A stretch of DNA of 64,000 nucleotides from Octopus bimaculoides (GCF_001194135.2 NC_068982.1:7049216-7113215), one strand, 5' to 3'. Shown: positions 1 through 11,952, numbered from the stretch's first letter. The notes: generated by a model not told the origin, from the letters alone. Numbers and translations are program-made.

Positions 1-7
1 TCAAGTA

Positions 8-667
8 TATTCCATTTGTTTGTAGCATATAATGAGAAACGCAGATTAAAATAAACACAATTTTTACTGTAACCTTAAACAGAAGTCTAGAAAATACGTT
101 TACTGCAATTATTCATATACATAAATAAACAAGAATCAACAAGAGCCTTTGCTGGGGCTGCCTACCGGAGCCTAGCAGCGGGTAAGACTACGCGCCCTCC
201 ATTGGAAAGTTTAGACAGTGCCACGTGACAACTTGCTGGGGCTGGCTGCTGGAGCCTAGCAGCAGGTATTTAAAGAGAAATTTGAAGACATGCACTCAAC
301 ACCAGAGCTGAAGACACCTCCGAAAGGGGGGGGAGGCCCGCTACGTCAAAATGGTAGAGGAGTAGGGGCCGAAACCGGATGTGGTTCCTCCTGATGGTGT
401 CTTGAGCTAACTGGATCCAATAAAGGAGCTATTGTGGTAGCAGACCACGAAACATGGTTGAAATTCCTTTCTAGTACGATTTTACAACATCCTTTATTGA
501 ATATGCTGGCACTAAGGATTTTCAGCTCTATTCCATTTGTTTGTAGCATATGATGAGAAACGCAGATTAAAATAAACACAATCTCCACTGTAACCTTAAA
601 CAGAAGTCTAGAAAACACGTTTACTGCAATTATTCATACGCATAAATAAACAAGAATCAACGAGAGC
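8..667. repeat. 139-bp direct repeat pair (8-146 and 529-667, 521-bp spacing) enclosing a GC-richer spacer
   Basis: TATTCCATTTGTTTGTAGCATA...CAAGAATCAAC(A/G)AGAGC occurs twice with few substitutions. The spacer holds a short internal duplication (TTGCTGGGGCTG...GGAGCCTAGCAGC x2), TATTTAAA at about 268 and AATAAA at about 419. Confidence 0.9.
295..406 (+). ncRNA. Atypical hammerhead-ribozyme-like fold (candidate)
   Basis: CTGAAGA at 308-314 and GAAA at 371-374. Stem I 295-307 pairs with 388-406 (13 bp, two bulges), stem II is GGCCC/GGGCC and stem III is CC/GG. It deviates by one extra T before the cleavage site and an inserted hairpin after the core. Confidence 0.35.
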
Positions 668-1050
668 TTTGACCTGTCACACTCAGCTGCCAAATCCTGC
701 AACACCACAGTGTATTAGCTTCAGCGAAAAAGGAAAGAGTGTATAGTGCAGTCCTATATTATAACCTTCCTGGACACAAGAATGAAAGAAACACAGTTAA
801 ATAATAGTTAGAAGTATGACTTCGTTTAATCCCGTCAATAACAGTGGAATTGAGACAAATAAAAATAATCAACATAAACAAAAACATACATTTGAGTCGC
901 TGTGTGCGTGTTGATGTATGCGCGTGTGTATACGTGTTCGAAAAACATGGATAAAGATAGAAAGAAAAAGAGAGAGGAAGAAACAAATGCAATGAGTAAG
1001 AACAAATGAATCGATCTTTCAGAAATTGGTCATGGATTAATTTTTTCATA

Positions 1051-1123
1051 TTATTTCTTTACTTGTTTCAGTCATTTGACTGCGGCCATGCTGGAGCACC
1101 GCCTTTAGTCGAACAAAACCGAT
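1051..1123 (-). mobile_element. SINE family A, 3' tail fragment
   Basis: Matches the tail of the near full-length copy at 42383-42790 (ACTTGTTTCAGTCATTTGACTGCGGCCATGCTGGAGCACCGCCTTTAGTCGA). Confidence 0.85.
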
Positions 1124-1173
1124 ATAGTTATCAGTTTTACACTTCTTTCTATATTCTGTAACTGTCGCAATAT

Positions 1174-1390
1174 GCTTTTGTACTATAGGCACAAGTCCTG
1201 AAATTTTTGTGGGGAAGGAGCCAGTCGATTAGATCGACCCCAGTACGCAACAGGCACTTAATTTATCGACCCCGAAAGGATGAAAAGCAAAGTTAACCTC
1301 GGCAGAATTTGAACTCTGAACGTAAAGGTAGACGAACTACCGATAAGCATTTCACCCGGCGTGCTAACCACTCTGCCAGCTCGCCGCCTT
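1174..1390 (-). mobile_element. SINE family B (tRNA head + Meta/MESC-like domain), tail type 1, with TSD
   Basis: Minus strand has the GGCGGCGAGCTGGCAGA head, B-box GAGTTCAAATTC and GCTTTTCATCCTTTCGGGGTCGATAAATTAAGT. Flanked by TAACTGTC(G/A)CA(A/T)TAT at 1159-1173 and 1391-1405. Confidence 0.9.
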
Positions 1391-1477
1391 TAACTGTCAC
1401 ATTATAGAAACATTTCTCATGGCACCAGCACACAATTTACAGATGCTTACATTTTTTTATATTTTCCGTCCTGCCAG

Positions 1478-1483
1478 TTATTA

Positions 1484-1566
<83 letters not shown>
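1478..1566. repeat. (TTA)n microsatellite
   Basis: Direct reading. Confidence 0.98.
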
Positions 1567-1996
1567 GAGTGAGCGAGCAGTGCATGCCATCAAAGTGACA
1601 CTGGGGTAAAATATACAAAGCCCAATATACCCATCAGGACAACCCGTCTGACAAGGGTACACCAGGCATATGCATCACAACCATATGTGCGTGACATGGT
1701 GATCTCATATCAAGATAAACAGTGCATGACTTCGTAGGTGGGGTCCAGTTAGAATTTTCTTCAGGTCGAGTGGCCCATCCCGCTCAAAAGGTCCCTGAAT
1801 AAGGTTTGTTTAAGGATTTTGAGCAAAACACCCATGTTTCCAAAGGTGAATTATTCAAACCCCAAAGAATTCCTCTCAACACATGGCTATGATGCTCCCC
1901 CACTACTTCTGCTCGTGATCAGAGATGCACATATCATCAGCCACCAAGGGAGATGCTCAACTGGTTAAGGTCAAACAACTGACAAGCAAATCTGTG

Positions 1997-1998
<2 letters not shown>
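1567..1998 (-). mobile_element. Non-coding retroposed segment ending in a (TAA)n tail (probable LINE 3' UTR or non-autonomous element) embedded in a TAA array
   Basis: 432-bp sequence bounded on both sides by (TTA)n. Its minus-strand end ...GCATGCACTGCTCGCTCACTC runs directly into (AAT)n, and it has no long ORF. Confidence 0.6.
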
Positions 1999-2058
<60 letters not shown>

Positions 2059-2079
2059 GTTATTATTATTATTATTATT

Positions 2080-3306
2080 TTATGTTTGACTTTTGTTTTG
2101 CATTTGTACAAGTTGGATCCAAGNNNNNNNNNNNNNNNNNNNNNNNNNNNNNNNNNNNNNNNNNNNNNNNNNNNNNNNNNNNNNNNNNNNNNNNNNNNNN
2201 NNNNNNNNNNNNNNNNNNNNNNNNNNNNNNNNNNNNNNNNNNNNNNNNNNNNNNNNNNNNNNNNNNNNNNNNNNNNNNNNNNNNNNNNNNNNNNNNNNNN
2301 NNNNNNNNNNNNNNNNNNNNNNNNNNNNNNNNNNNNNNNNNNNNNNNNNNNNNNNNNNNNNNNNNNNNNNNNNNNNNNNNNNNNNNNNNNNNNNNNNNNN
2401 NNNNNNNNNNNNNNNNNNNNNNNNNNNNNNNNNNNNNNNNNNNNNNNNNNNNNNNNNNNNNNNNNNNNNNNNNNNNNNNNNNNNNNNNNNNNNNNNNNNN
2501 NNNNNNNNNNNNNNNNNNNNNNNNNNNNNNNNNNNNNNNNNNNNNNNNNNNNNNNNNNNNNNNNNNNNNNNNNNNNNNNNNNNNNNNNNNNNNNNNNNNN
2601 NNNNNNNNNNNNNNNNNNNNNNNNNNNNNNNNNNNNNNNNNNNNNNNNNNNNNNNNNNNNNNNNNNNNNNNNNNNNNNNNNNNNNNNNNNNNNNNNNNNN
2701 NNNNNNNNNNNNNNNNNNNNNNNNNNNNNNNNNNNNNNNNNNNNNNNNNNNNNNNNNNNNNNNNNNNNNNNNNNNNNNNNNNNNNNNNNNNNNNNNNNNN
2801 NNNNNNNNNNNNNNNNNNNNNNNNNNNNNNNNNNNNNNNNNNNNNNNNNNNNNNNNNNNNNNNNNNNNNNNNNNNNNNNNNNNNNNNNNNNNNNNNNNNN
2901 NNNNNNNNNNNNNNNNNNNNNNNNNNNNNNNNNNNNNNNNNNNNNNNNNNNNNNNNNNNNNNNNNNNNNNNNNNNNNNNNNNNNNNNNNNNNNNNNNNNN
3001 NNNNNNNNNNNNNNNNNNNNNNNNNNNNNNNNNNNNNNNNNNNNNNNNNNNNNNNNNNNNNNNNNNNNNNNNCATTGAGAGGTTTTCCATGCCATTTTTC
3101 AGTCATAATAGCTAAGGCAGCAATTTTAGCATGGGTTTTCAAGCGCTTAGCTTTTTCTGCAGGTGTTTCTAGTTCGTCTAATTCTTGAATTTGTTGCAAT
3201 TGGAATTCACTTAGATAGTCCTTTGCCTGTTTTGTTACTGAGTAAGATGCTTTCTTGCTTTCATATTTTAAGACAAGTTTTAGCATCCAGTCCTCAGAGG
3301 TTTTCA
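2080..3306 (-). mobile_element. 5'-truncated R4/Dong-clade non-LTR retrotransposon (interior is an assembly gap) inserted in (TAA)n
   Basis: 3072-3306 encodes LKTSEDWMLKLVLKYE...KAKRLKTHAKIAALAIMTEKWHGKPLN, resembling the post-RT W..KPLHG motif of R4/Dong. The 3' end ...CAAAAGTCAAACATAAAATAATAAT is at 2080-2123, and TAA arrays lie on both sides (1999-2078, 3307-3393). Confidence 0.75.
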
Positions 3307-3307
3307 G

Positions 3308-3376
<69 letters not shown>

Positions 3377-4984
3377 CATCATTATTATTATTATCCATTT
3401 CTTCCTTTCCTAATCAATAAAACAAGTTCCAATACAATACTGGAATCTATGTAATCGACAAGCAGACCCACCCCGCACTCCACATAATTTCAGGATATTC
3501 TCGTATAGTAGAAAGAATTCCTGATACTATCTATATTGAATATACTCTCTTTTTAAAAGACTTCAGATTGTGATTTGATACAAATGCGTTGGTTACTTCT
3601 AGTCGGAACTGTCGTCTCTTAAAGCCTCTTTTTTAAAGTGAGATGTGTAAACTATACTGAATAAATAGAAGTTATATGTTACTTTGGAGAATAATTGAAT
3701 ACTAGATTGTTATCGTTAAGTTATTAGGCGCTGGTTTATTGATCGTGTTATAAATTCCTGGAATAATTACTTGACAGAGTTAAAGAACCTACATTAATGA
3801 AAGTACTTAAAATGGAAACGATAATTTATTTTATTACAAAAGTATAAATAAATCAAATGTCTATTTTATTCTAAAAACTGATACGTGTCACTTGTTGCGA
3901 TCAATAATCTTAATTAGCTCACTGATTGAATATTTGCTTCACTAATGAGAAGTGTATTACTCTATATTAACATTCGATTTGTTTGATACATGACAGGAAT
4001 TTGAGCAGAAGAATGTATCAATGCTTTTACGTTATAAGATGTATATAAAGTCATATTTCAAATACTTCATTTGATTTATGGTGACATTTCCTATCGTTTA
4101 TTAAGATTTCATGCAAAATCAATTAGATAAATAATTATTATTTAACCATCCAAAAATGTTTTAGTTAAACAATATTAACAATTTGTGAATTCTTTTATAT
4201 GTTCAACAACTTTGTTCACTTAAAACAATTTACAAATATTATAGAAAGTTTTCGAAAAGTTGTGAAGATTAGAAGATGAATAAAACCAGTCATTGAAACA
4301 TTTAATAGCATTAACTGCAAACATTTTCGAAAATGCAAGAAAACTATTTGTTATAAGTTATCTTGTTGCTGCATATCTATTTGATTGTCTGAGATGTTTC
4401 ACCAAATAGCTGGTTGTTTTCAGCGATAAAAATGGTAAAATATAGCGAGTAGTGTCTGTGACTAGACATTTAAAACAATAGTCGGAAGCTTACGAAATAC
4501 CAGTATGTGTTTTTATGCTTTTGATACCCATAAGAGTAAAGACGGACAAGTGAAAAAAAAATAAGATGGAAGATAAAAAAGGAATTCGAAATACTTTTGA
4601 AATTCTCAAACTGAAAGAATATTAAAATAGGAATCTGATTTTAATAAAGAAAGGTTCTGTATTTAGAGAATAGACACATTTACAAGCTGCGTCATACTGT
4701 TGAGCTAGGGTTGCTCTGATTCTACTCAAATGAAAGCAACTTCTGCCAGGTCCAGTTGCACAACATCCAGAACAATAGGTAACATGACTACACACCATGT
4801 GATTTTCCACATATATTGAAAACCAAGTCTCCCCAAATTGCGATGGTGTGACACCATTGAGAGTCACACTGGTTACATATTTCAGGAAGGCCTTAGACTC
4901 AATTCTGATGTGAAGCTACTGGAGAATGTATTGGAGATAGAATTGTTGCTCTATGAGTGACAGCAAATTGAGTTCCTTTGCCAT

Positions 4985-5200
4985 CAGAAATTCTCAGAAG
5001 TGGTTTTAGCGTGTTTCTACGACTGCTCTTGCCCCAATATCTGACTTTTTAATTCCCTCGATCGTAATCCAAGGGATTACTATGCGTGGGTCATGATTAA
5101 GAAATACACCAACCGCTCTCCCTGAAACAGAAGCTCATGGAGTGTGTTCGAAGATCTTTCCAGGGACACAATGAAAAACGCGTACGCCAGGTTCCGTCTT
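4985..5200 (+). mobile_element. Tc1/mariner (maT/DD37D-like) transposase C-terminal remnant
   Basis: The frame from 5015 reads FYDCSCPNI*LFNSLDRNPRDYYAWVMIKKYTNRSP...VFEDLSRDTMKNAYARFR, a decayed WPPNSPDCNP.DYY.W motif. Confidence 0.7.
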
Positions 5201-5369
5201 AGGGTAGACAATTTAGAGAAATTTTCCTACCGGTGGCCAGCATGCGTAATAAAGTCAATAGACAACATATTTTCATATAAAATAGCGTACACATAATTTA
5301 CGTATTTATACACAAAAGATATAATGTATAAGTATATAGCACCTGTATTTTCGGTGCTACATATATATA

Positions 5370-5630
5370 TGGCACGTGAAAAACATCATTCGAGCGTTGT
5401 CGTTGCCAGTGCCGCCGGACTGGCTCCCGTGCTGGTGGCACGTAAAAAGCACCCACTACACTCTCGGTGTGGTTGGCGTTAGAAAGGGCATCCAGCTGTA
5501 GAAACTTTGCTAGATCAGATTGGAAACTGGTGCAGCCTTCTGACTCGCCAATCCTCAGTCAAACCGTCCAACCCATACCAGAATCGAAAGCGGACGTTAG
5601 ACGACAACGACGACGATGAGGATGATGATG
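5370..5630 (+). mobile_element. SINE family F 3' half (Nin/Ceph-like conserved domain, (GAT)n tail)
   Basis: GGTTGGCGTTAGAAAGGGCATCCAGCTGTAGAAAC motif and a CCAACCCATACCAG...GGACGTT...(GAC/GAT)n tail. The domain name is from recall only. Confidence 0.65.
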
Positions 5631-5645
5631 ACATATATATATGTG

Positions 5646-5684
<39 letters not shown>

Positions 5685-5843
5685 NNNNNNNNNNTTTTTC
5701 TACCAGCATCTATCTCACTATCCCTAAGTAATTGATACCTTACATCGCTTCTTACGTGAATAACTCTTAGATGCAACGAAATAGAAATAGTCTGAGAAAT
5801 GTGTGGATCTAATGAGAGTATATCCTGAAATGAAACCAACCCA

Positions 5844-6039
5844 AGGAGGCGAACCGGCAGAGGCGTTGCCGCACCGGGAGAAATGATTAATCGTATTTCT
5901 TCCAACTGAGTTCAAATGCTGCCGGGATCGACTTTGCCTTTCATCCTTTCGGGTTCCATAAAATAAGGACACTGAAGGTCGGTCTAATCAATCTACCCCT
6001 TCCCTCAAAACCAGTCGCCTTGTACCAAAATCTGAAACC
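5844..6039 (+). mobile_element. SINE family B, degenerate, tail type 2
   Basis: GAGTTCAAATG...GATCGACTTTGCCTTTCATCCTTTCGGG...GCCTTGTACCAAAATCTGAAACCA. Confidence 0.8.
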
Positions 6040-7738
6040 AAGTCAACCTTGCATTTCTATCTGTGTGACATAAATGAAAAAAAAAAAGTCTTAGAATTTT
6101 TTTTTTTGATGTTTTAATAAAGTTCTTTTCTTTCTCTTTTGTTTTGATTTCTACAGCCCTACAAAGCCCTAACTGTTTTTCTCACCGTCTCCTATTCTCT
6201 TGGATTTATGTTCTTCCATCTTTAAGTGAAGATTCAATCTTTGAGCCTTATGTCTTCCTGAATGCTGTCTTTCACTATATTAGAATTGTATTACTATATC
6301 GTTATTGGAACTTAACTTTAAAGAAAGGAAATATTCACGTAATACAAAAATAATTTGTGCCCTGCAACGTCCATATTCATCTGTAATTCGCAGCAAATCA
6401 AAATGTTTTTTACATTTCGTTATTTCATGACGTTCGACTTTTTTTATATAAAAGTTTTAAAATTATTTCACAATTTATTTAGTTCAGTGTTACAAATATC
6501 TAAAATTATTTCAGTAATTTTTCATTTACCTGTCATATTTCACTATTTTGTAACTATCTGCGATTCTTACAGATATCTATACGCATTTTGCTATTGGTTT
6601 TATGTCTTTATTTCAATATTTTATTTTGTTTCCATGTTTTTGATAAATACTTCGGCAAAACATTACAGATGCGCGGTTATTTTGACGTAAGTTATTTTAA
6701 TATATCCATATTTCTTTCACTCCTTATTAATCTCTAAAAGTTTATTTCTATAAAACTTTACGTTGTCATTTTTCTTGGAAGCATTTATCAAACCTCGTAA
6801 AGAATAGGGCTACGTGTGTTCTGTATGTGGAAAATCTCGGGATCGGCACGGGGATAAGCAGGGAGTCTGTCAAGTTAGAATGAAAATATAACAATCAGTA
6901 TTAATTACATCTAAATTGAAATTTTAAACCCATGTAACAATTTCAAGACAATAAAATCTATATCTTTCAATATTGAGTCAAATATTTATAATTGATATGT
7001 AAATTCTGAGAGAAAATTATAAATATCCATCATATGATAATTTTGGGCACTTGTTGTGGCTGCATTTAACTAACAGGTTGAGTAAAAAGTAAGCAACGTT
7101 TTGAACCATGAAGAACTTCTACCAGATTTTTGCAGTTTTGCATTTTTCTTTTAAACATTCTTCTGTAATTGTCTGATAATACAGACATAGTCTTACCCAA
7201 TTGCATCAATTATGGAATCTCTGCTCAACACTAAATAGCCACTGCATGGACGCTTATGATCAACATTGACACTTCATGAAGAAAGTTCTGGAGTCGCTTG
7301 AGAACAGCTCGCTTCTGGATGAAAATTTGTAGCCGAAATGTAAGCAAGCTGACAAAGAAGGAGCCACATGAAATTGAAGAATAAATGGGTTGTGCGATAC
7401 TATCGTCTCATCAGTTGCGAGATGTGCAATAAATCCAGACAATGATATGCACGTATATCTATCGCTTAGTCATTAATTACTTATGAGAAATATATCTAAT
7501 ATCGATAGAAAGTTACGCGTTAGATTTAAAGCATGTTTTAGTTCCGGATACACCTTATCCAACAAGTTCTTTTACCATTTCACAATTGAAAATCTCAGAT
7601 CGAGGACTTTCTCTGCTGGTTTCCAGAAGATCAAAGGATCTATCGTTATATATCAATTGTCATCGCAACATCTGAGACATGTAGAAATACAGCTCGCATA
7701 TTACGATGGATTTGGTAGGATTCGGGAACACCTCGTAC

Positions 7739-7820
7739 CTTTTTATTGAATGCATGTTCAAAATTTCTGTTATCAAGGCCGAACCCAAGCATTCTTGTAC
7801 GATAGTTGCAGCTGAGCTAC
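7739..7820 (-). other. Candidate internal exon (82 nt) of an unidentified transcript
   Basis: Acceptor GTCTTCTCCTTCAG|G and donor AAG|GTACGA. One frame is open (SSAATIVQECLGSALITEILNMHSIK), with no recognisable homology. Confidence 0.3.
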
Positions 7821-7883
7821 CTGAAGGAGAAGACAGACTATGACCCATAGCAACACATAGCAAATGTAGTAGACAATCTGAGT

Positions 7884-8180
7884 GGGGGCGCAATGGCCCA
7901 GTGGTTAGGGCAGCGGACACTCGGTCGTAACGATCACGGTTTCGATTCCCAGACCGGGCGTTGTGAGTGTTTATAGAGCCAAAACACTTAAAGGCTCCAC
8001 GAGCCACCGGCAGGGAGTGATTGCGAACCCTGCTCTACTCTTTCACCACAATTTTCTCTCACTCTTAGGGGTAAACGTGTCTGTAGAGTGCTCAGCCATT
8101 TGCACGTTAATTTCACGAGCAGGCTGTTCCGTTGATCGGACCAACTGGAACACTTCTCGTTGCAACCGACGGAGTGCCAC
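7884..8180 (+). mobile_element. SINE family C (tRNA-derived), near full length
   Basis: Head GGGGGCGCAATGGCCCAGTGGTTAGGGCAGCGG...GGTTTCGATTCCCAGACCGG has A and B boxes. A degenerate 3' part recurs at about 55230-55445. Confidence 0.8.
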
Positions 8181-8251
8181 GAGACAAGCTGTAACTGTTG
8201 ACTCTAAGAAAACATTTGGTCTTTGAAAAAATGCTCAAGTCTATTGTAAAA

Positions 8252-8363
8252 AATGCCCGAGGCTATAGTAGAAGGCAGTTGCCCAAGGTGCCACGTAGTG
8301 GGACTGAACCCGGAACCATATGGTTGGTAAGCAAGCTACTTACCACACCTCCACTCTTGCGCC
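8252..8363 (-). mobile_element. SINE family A, 5' head + CORE-like segment
   Basis: Minus strand GGCGCAAGAGTGG...GTGGTAAGTAGCTTGCTTACCAACC...GGTTCAGTCCCACTACGTGGCACCTTGGGCAA. CACCTTGGGCAA resembles the CORE-SINE motif. Confidence 0.88.
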
Positions 8364-8598
8364 TATATATCCACAAACCTTCCAAAATATGTTACATAAG
8401 GGACAATGCAATCCTTCATTAAAAAAATGGATTGGTCACAACAAGAACGACTTCCCTTATAGATTTCTTCGACCAGAGCTGATCTGAAGTTACACAAAGT
8501 TAACGGCTTATTTCTAAAAAAACTCTCAGCGAATAACCGATGGTCAGCAACATGCAAAAGCTAGATTTTATTGACACATTTAATTGTAATTTATTGCT

Positions 8599-8623
8599 TT
8601 ATTATTATTATTATTATTATTAT

Positions 8624-8699
<76 letters not shown>

Positions 8700-8710
8700 G
8701 TGATGATGAT
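8599..8710. repeat. Compound (TAT)n(TAA)n(GAT)n microsatellite
   Basis: Direct reading; it abuts the 3' end of the SINE B at 8708-8924. Confidence 0.97.
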
Positions 8711-8924
8711 CCTTTCTACTGGAGGCACAAGGCCTCAAATTTGTAGGGAGGGGACTAGTCGATTACATCGACCCCAGTGTTACACTGGTACTTGATTTAT
8801 CGACCCCGAAAGGATGAAATGCAATGTCGACCTCGGCGGAATTTGAATTTAGAATGTGAAGACGGGAAAAATACCGCTAAGCATTTCGCCCAGCGTGTTA
8901 ACGACTCTGCCAGCTCGCCGCCTT
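8708..8924 (-). mobile_element. SINE family B, tail type 1
   Basis: Full head, B-box, Meta-like domain and GGCCTTGTGCCTCCAGTAGAAAGGAT tail. Confidence 0.9.
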
Positions 8925-8939
8925 TCACAGTGATAACAA

Positions 8940-9120
8940 TAATCCTTTCTACTATAGGCACAAGGCCTGAAATTTGGGGGGAGGGGCCAGTCGATTAGAT
9001 CGCCCCTAGTATGCAACTGGTATTTCTCGACCGCGAAAGAACAAAAGGCAAAGTCAGCGTTGGTGGAATTTGAACTGAAGACGTAAGGACGGACAGAATA
9101 TTGCACGACACTCTAACGAT
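8940..9120 (-). mobile_element. SINE family B, tail type 1, degenerate head
   Basis: GGCCTTGTGCCTATAGTAGAAAGGATT tail and B-box remnant. Confidence 0.8.
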
Positions 9121-9355
9121 TCTTATTTCTTTACTGCCCACAAGGGGCTACACACAGAGGGGACAAACAAGGACAGAGAAACGGATTAAGTCGATTATAT
9201 CGACCCCAGTGCGTAACTGGTACTTATATAATCGACCCTGAAAGGATGAAAGGCAAAGTCGACCTCGGCAGAATTTGAACTCAGAACGTAACGGCAGACG
9301 AAATACCGCTAAGCATTTCGCCCGGCTTACTAACGATTCTGGCAGCTCACCGCCT
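9121..9355 (-). mobile_element. SINE family B, tail type 3
   Basis: Same head and core as other B copies but ends ...CCTTGTTTGTCCCCTCTGTGTGTAGCCCCTTGTGGGCAGTAAAGAAATAAGA. Confidence 0.88.
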
Positions 9356-9363
9356 TTCACAAC

Positions 9364-9441
<78 letters not shown>
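9364..9441. repeat. (AAT)n microsatellite
   Basis: Direct reading. Confidence 0.97.
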
Positions 9442-9443
<2 letters not shown>

Positions 9444-11657
9444 CAACAATCAAGTTATTCATTATAAGAGAGCTGTTCTCTCTGATGCAAATTAACATTG
9501 TTAAGAAAAGAAAAACCCGGATTTTCGCTAATTTAATCCATTACTCTAAAAGCCTATAATTTTTCCACAGTTTAGTATGCAATTTTAGCAGCAGCAGATT
9601 GTTTAAAGAGACCAGCTATGTCTTGGTTAATTTTAAAAAGTGTTTACATTGATAGGGCAGAGATGCATATTTATTCAGTTAGTCGCACATACATAGGTAT
9701 ATGTATATATATGAAACGGGTATGAACAAATTACATATAAAAGCTATCTTAAAATGTTTGAACATGTTTTAGAATGCTTGAGATGTTTTACAATGCTTGA
9801 ACATTGTTATTATAAGGACCGGATATTCCAGGATTGAAAGATTAAAAGAATGTGATTAGCAAACACATTCACAAATTGTTCATTAAAAGCAAACGTGGTT
9901 CAAATTACGGTCTTTCGTTTATAATCGACAATTATAGTCTGCACGTAGTAGTCATATGGCTATGTATATTAACCTACTAATATATTAGATATAATTGAGA
10001 TTTTATAATGTTTCGATAATGGACTTGATAAAACATTGGTGGTTTTACTAATGTGTTTATTTCTAGAGGGCTTTTTGTACGTTTCGTTTACATAGATTTT
10101 GGACGTTTCCTTTTAAATGTTTCAGAACAGTTTTCAATAAGAATGGTTGAAGAAGAATATTGAAAGCTAAAGGGAAATATATATAAAGCTAAGTATATGA
10201 AAATATCAGTAAAGTTATCATATAAGGGAAAATAAATGGAGAATATTTACCTGCGGAACCACAAACATTTCCTTTTCGATGGAAATCTATTTAATGGCTC
10301 GATCACTATAATAGAATTGACAAACTTTCTCATATAAATAATTTCATTCTTATTATACTACAGAGAAAGTTATTACAAATGAACTGAGATTGAGATGAAA
10401 CATTCGTGTTGTGGTAGCAAAGTAGCTTTTAGAATCTTTGAATTGCCGTTTGATGAAATCAAAATTATTCATATTGAAGATAGATATGCGAAGTGAGGTA
10501 TATATTTATCAATTGATCGATTTCTGATGTTATCAACTAGTGCCATGTGGAAGAAATTATATTAATCCGCTTCTTAAAAATAAGACATTGTAGTTGATAA
10601 ACAATCAAAATTAATGTAGATATTAGCTAATATGAATCTGGTATGTATGTTAAGATTAAGTTGTTTACTATGCAACTGCAGTAACTTTCGTAGTCACCCT
10701 AGAAACCTATTTCTTCATTGTATCTTCGATTTCAAAACTAATATTTTACGCTATGTTAGAGTGTATATACAGTCGAGATTATAAAGATTACATGACAATC
10801 ATATGCCTCTACGTTTTGAATAAGGGGACAAATAAACATTTCTGTTTAGTTTTAAGTAAACTGGCATCAAAATAGTATGAACTTATGAATTTTTTAATGA
10901 ATTTAAGATAATTACTTTTAAATTTATCTAACTATCAACCCAAGTTACTTAAATGACAGGTTATAGTTTTTAACGTTTTGCTCAGTTTCAGCTTTGCTTC
11001 ATCCGGGATCCGTTGTAAGATATATAGTTTAATTCTCTCACGGCGAATATTAAGAACTTAAAATGTCATCTGAAACCATTGCTTTATGAGGAAATATTTA
11101 GTGATTTCAATTTTTTATTGTTGAGAAACAGCGATATGTAAATGACATTCAATGTAATCGTATAACGTGACATTGCAAGTCCTCTATTATCAAAATTGAA
11201 ATAAATTTAATTTAAAAAATAACGTAACAGTCCGATAAAATGATGAGATATTTTAATTCTAGGGAAGCATTATTCTTTTCAAACAAGAAAATAAAAATAC
11301 TAAAATATTTGCAATTTATTTTGATGGTTATATTTGAAAAGCGTCCTATTTATAGCCAGTGTCATAAGAGCGCCACTCTGAGAACAGATATGTCTTGTAA
11401 TGACTTGAGAAAAGAAAAGAAATAATTGATTATCTCATAATTATAGACTTTCAAGATGGTGGCAACTGCTGTTACTACAATATCCGTTTTGTGAAGCATA
11501 CGTGGCATTTGACTAAAATAAAATTAATTCTATGCACAATTTGATAAGATTCAGTCAAATAAAATCTGAGCAATCTCAGATGCTTTTTCTGCTATTTTGG
11601 TTCTTGAGTTCGTGGGAGTAAACATGGTCGATTCGATCGTTCGGGATTGTTTCAAAT

Positions 11658-11790
11658 ATTCCTTTCTATTGTAGGCAAATTGTCAGAAATTTTAAGGGAG
11701 GTGGATAGTCGATTACATCGGCTGCAATCCCCAACTGGTACTTATTTATCGACTGCGGCGGAATTTTGAACTCAAATTCGAAAACAGTTA
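11658..11790 (-). mobile_element. SINE family B, degenerate
   Basis: TAGTCGATTACATCG...ACTGGTACTTATTTATCGAC...GGAATTTTGAACTC. Confidence 0.65.
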
Positions 11791-11952
11791 TCGGCCAGAT
11801 GGTCAGACGCAATTCCGCGCCTTAACGAGAATATTGAACCACTATCTGGTGGCGCCTACGGCGAAAATGCCGCCGGGAATTGCCCCTCCTCAGCACCCAT
11901 CTAACCCCTTATATACACGAACTTACACACAAATAGAGAGAGACAGAGAGAC

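Noticed and set aside
8-667. Interpretation as a solo LTR or LTR retrotransposon
   Set aside because: No TG...CA termini, primer-binding site or polypurine tract at the repeat boundaries; kept only as a direct repeat and possible pseudo-LTR.
7408-7414. CTGATGA on the minus strand followed by a small hairpin
   Set aside because: No GAAA after the stem, so it is not a hammerhead.
7884-7960. tRNA-like sequences here and at 17084-17020 and 46685-46616 as tRNA genes
   Set aside because: Acceptor stems are incomplete and each runs into a repeat body, so they are SINE heads.
10364-10492. Plus-strand exon-like segment with an in-frame TGA (and a similar one near 7197-7330) as selenoprotein exons
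   Set aside because: No homology and no SECIS seen; a single stop in the best of three frames is expected by chance.
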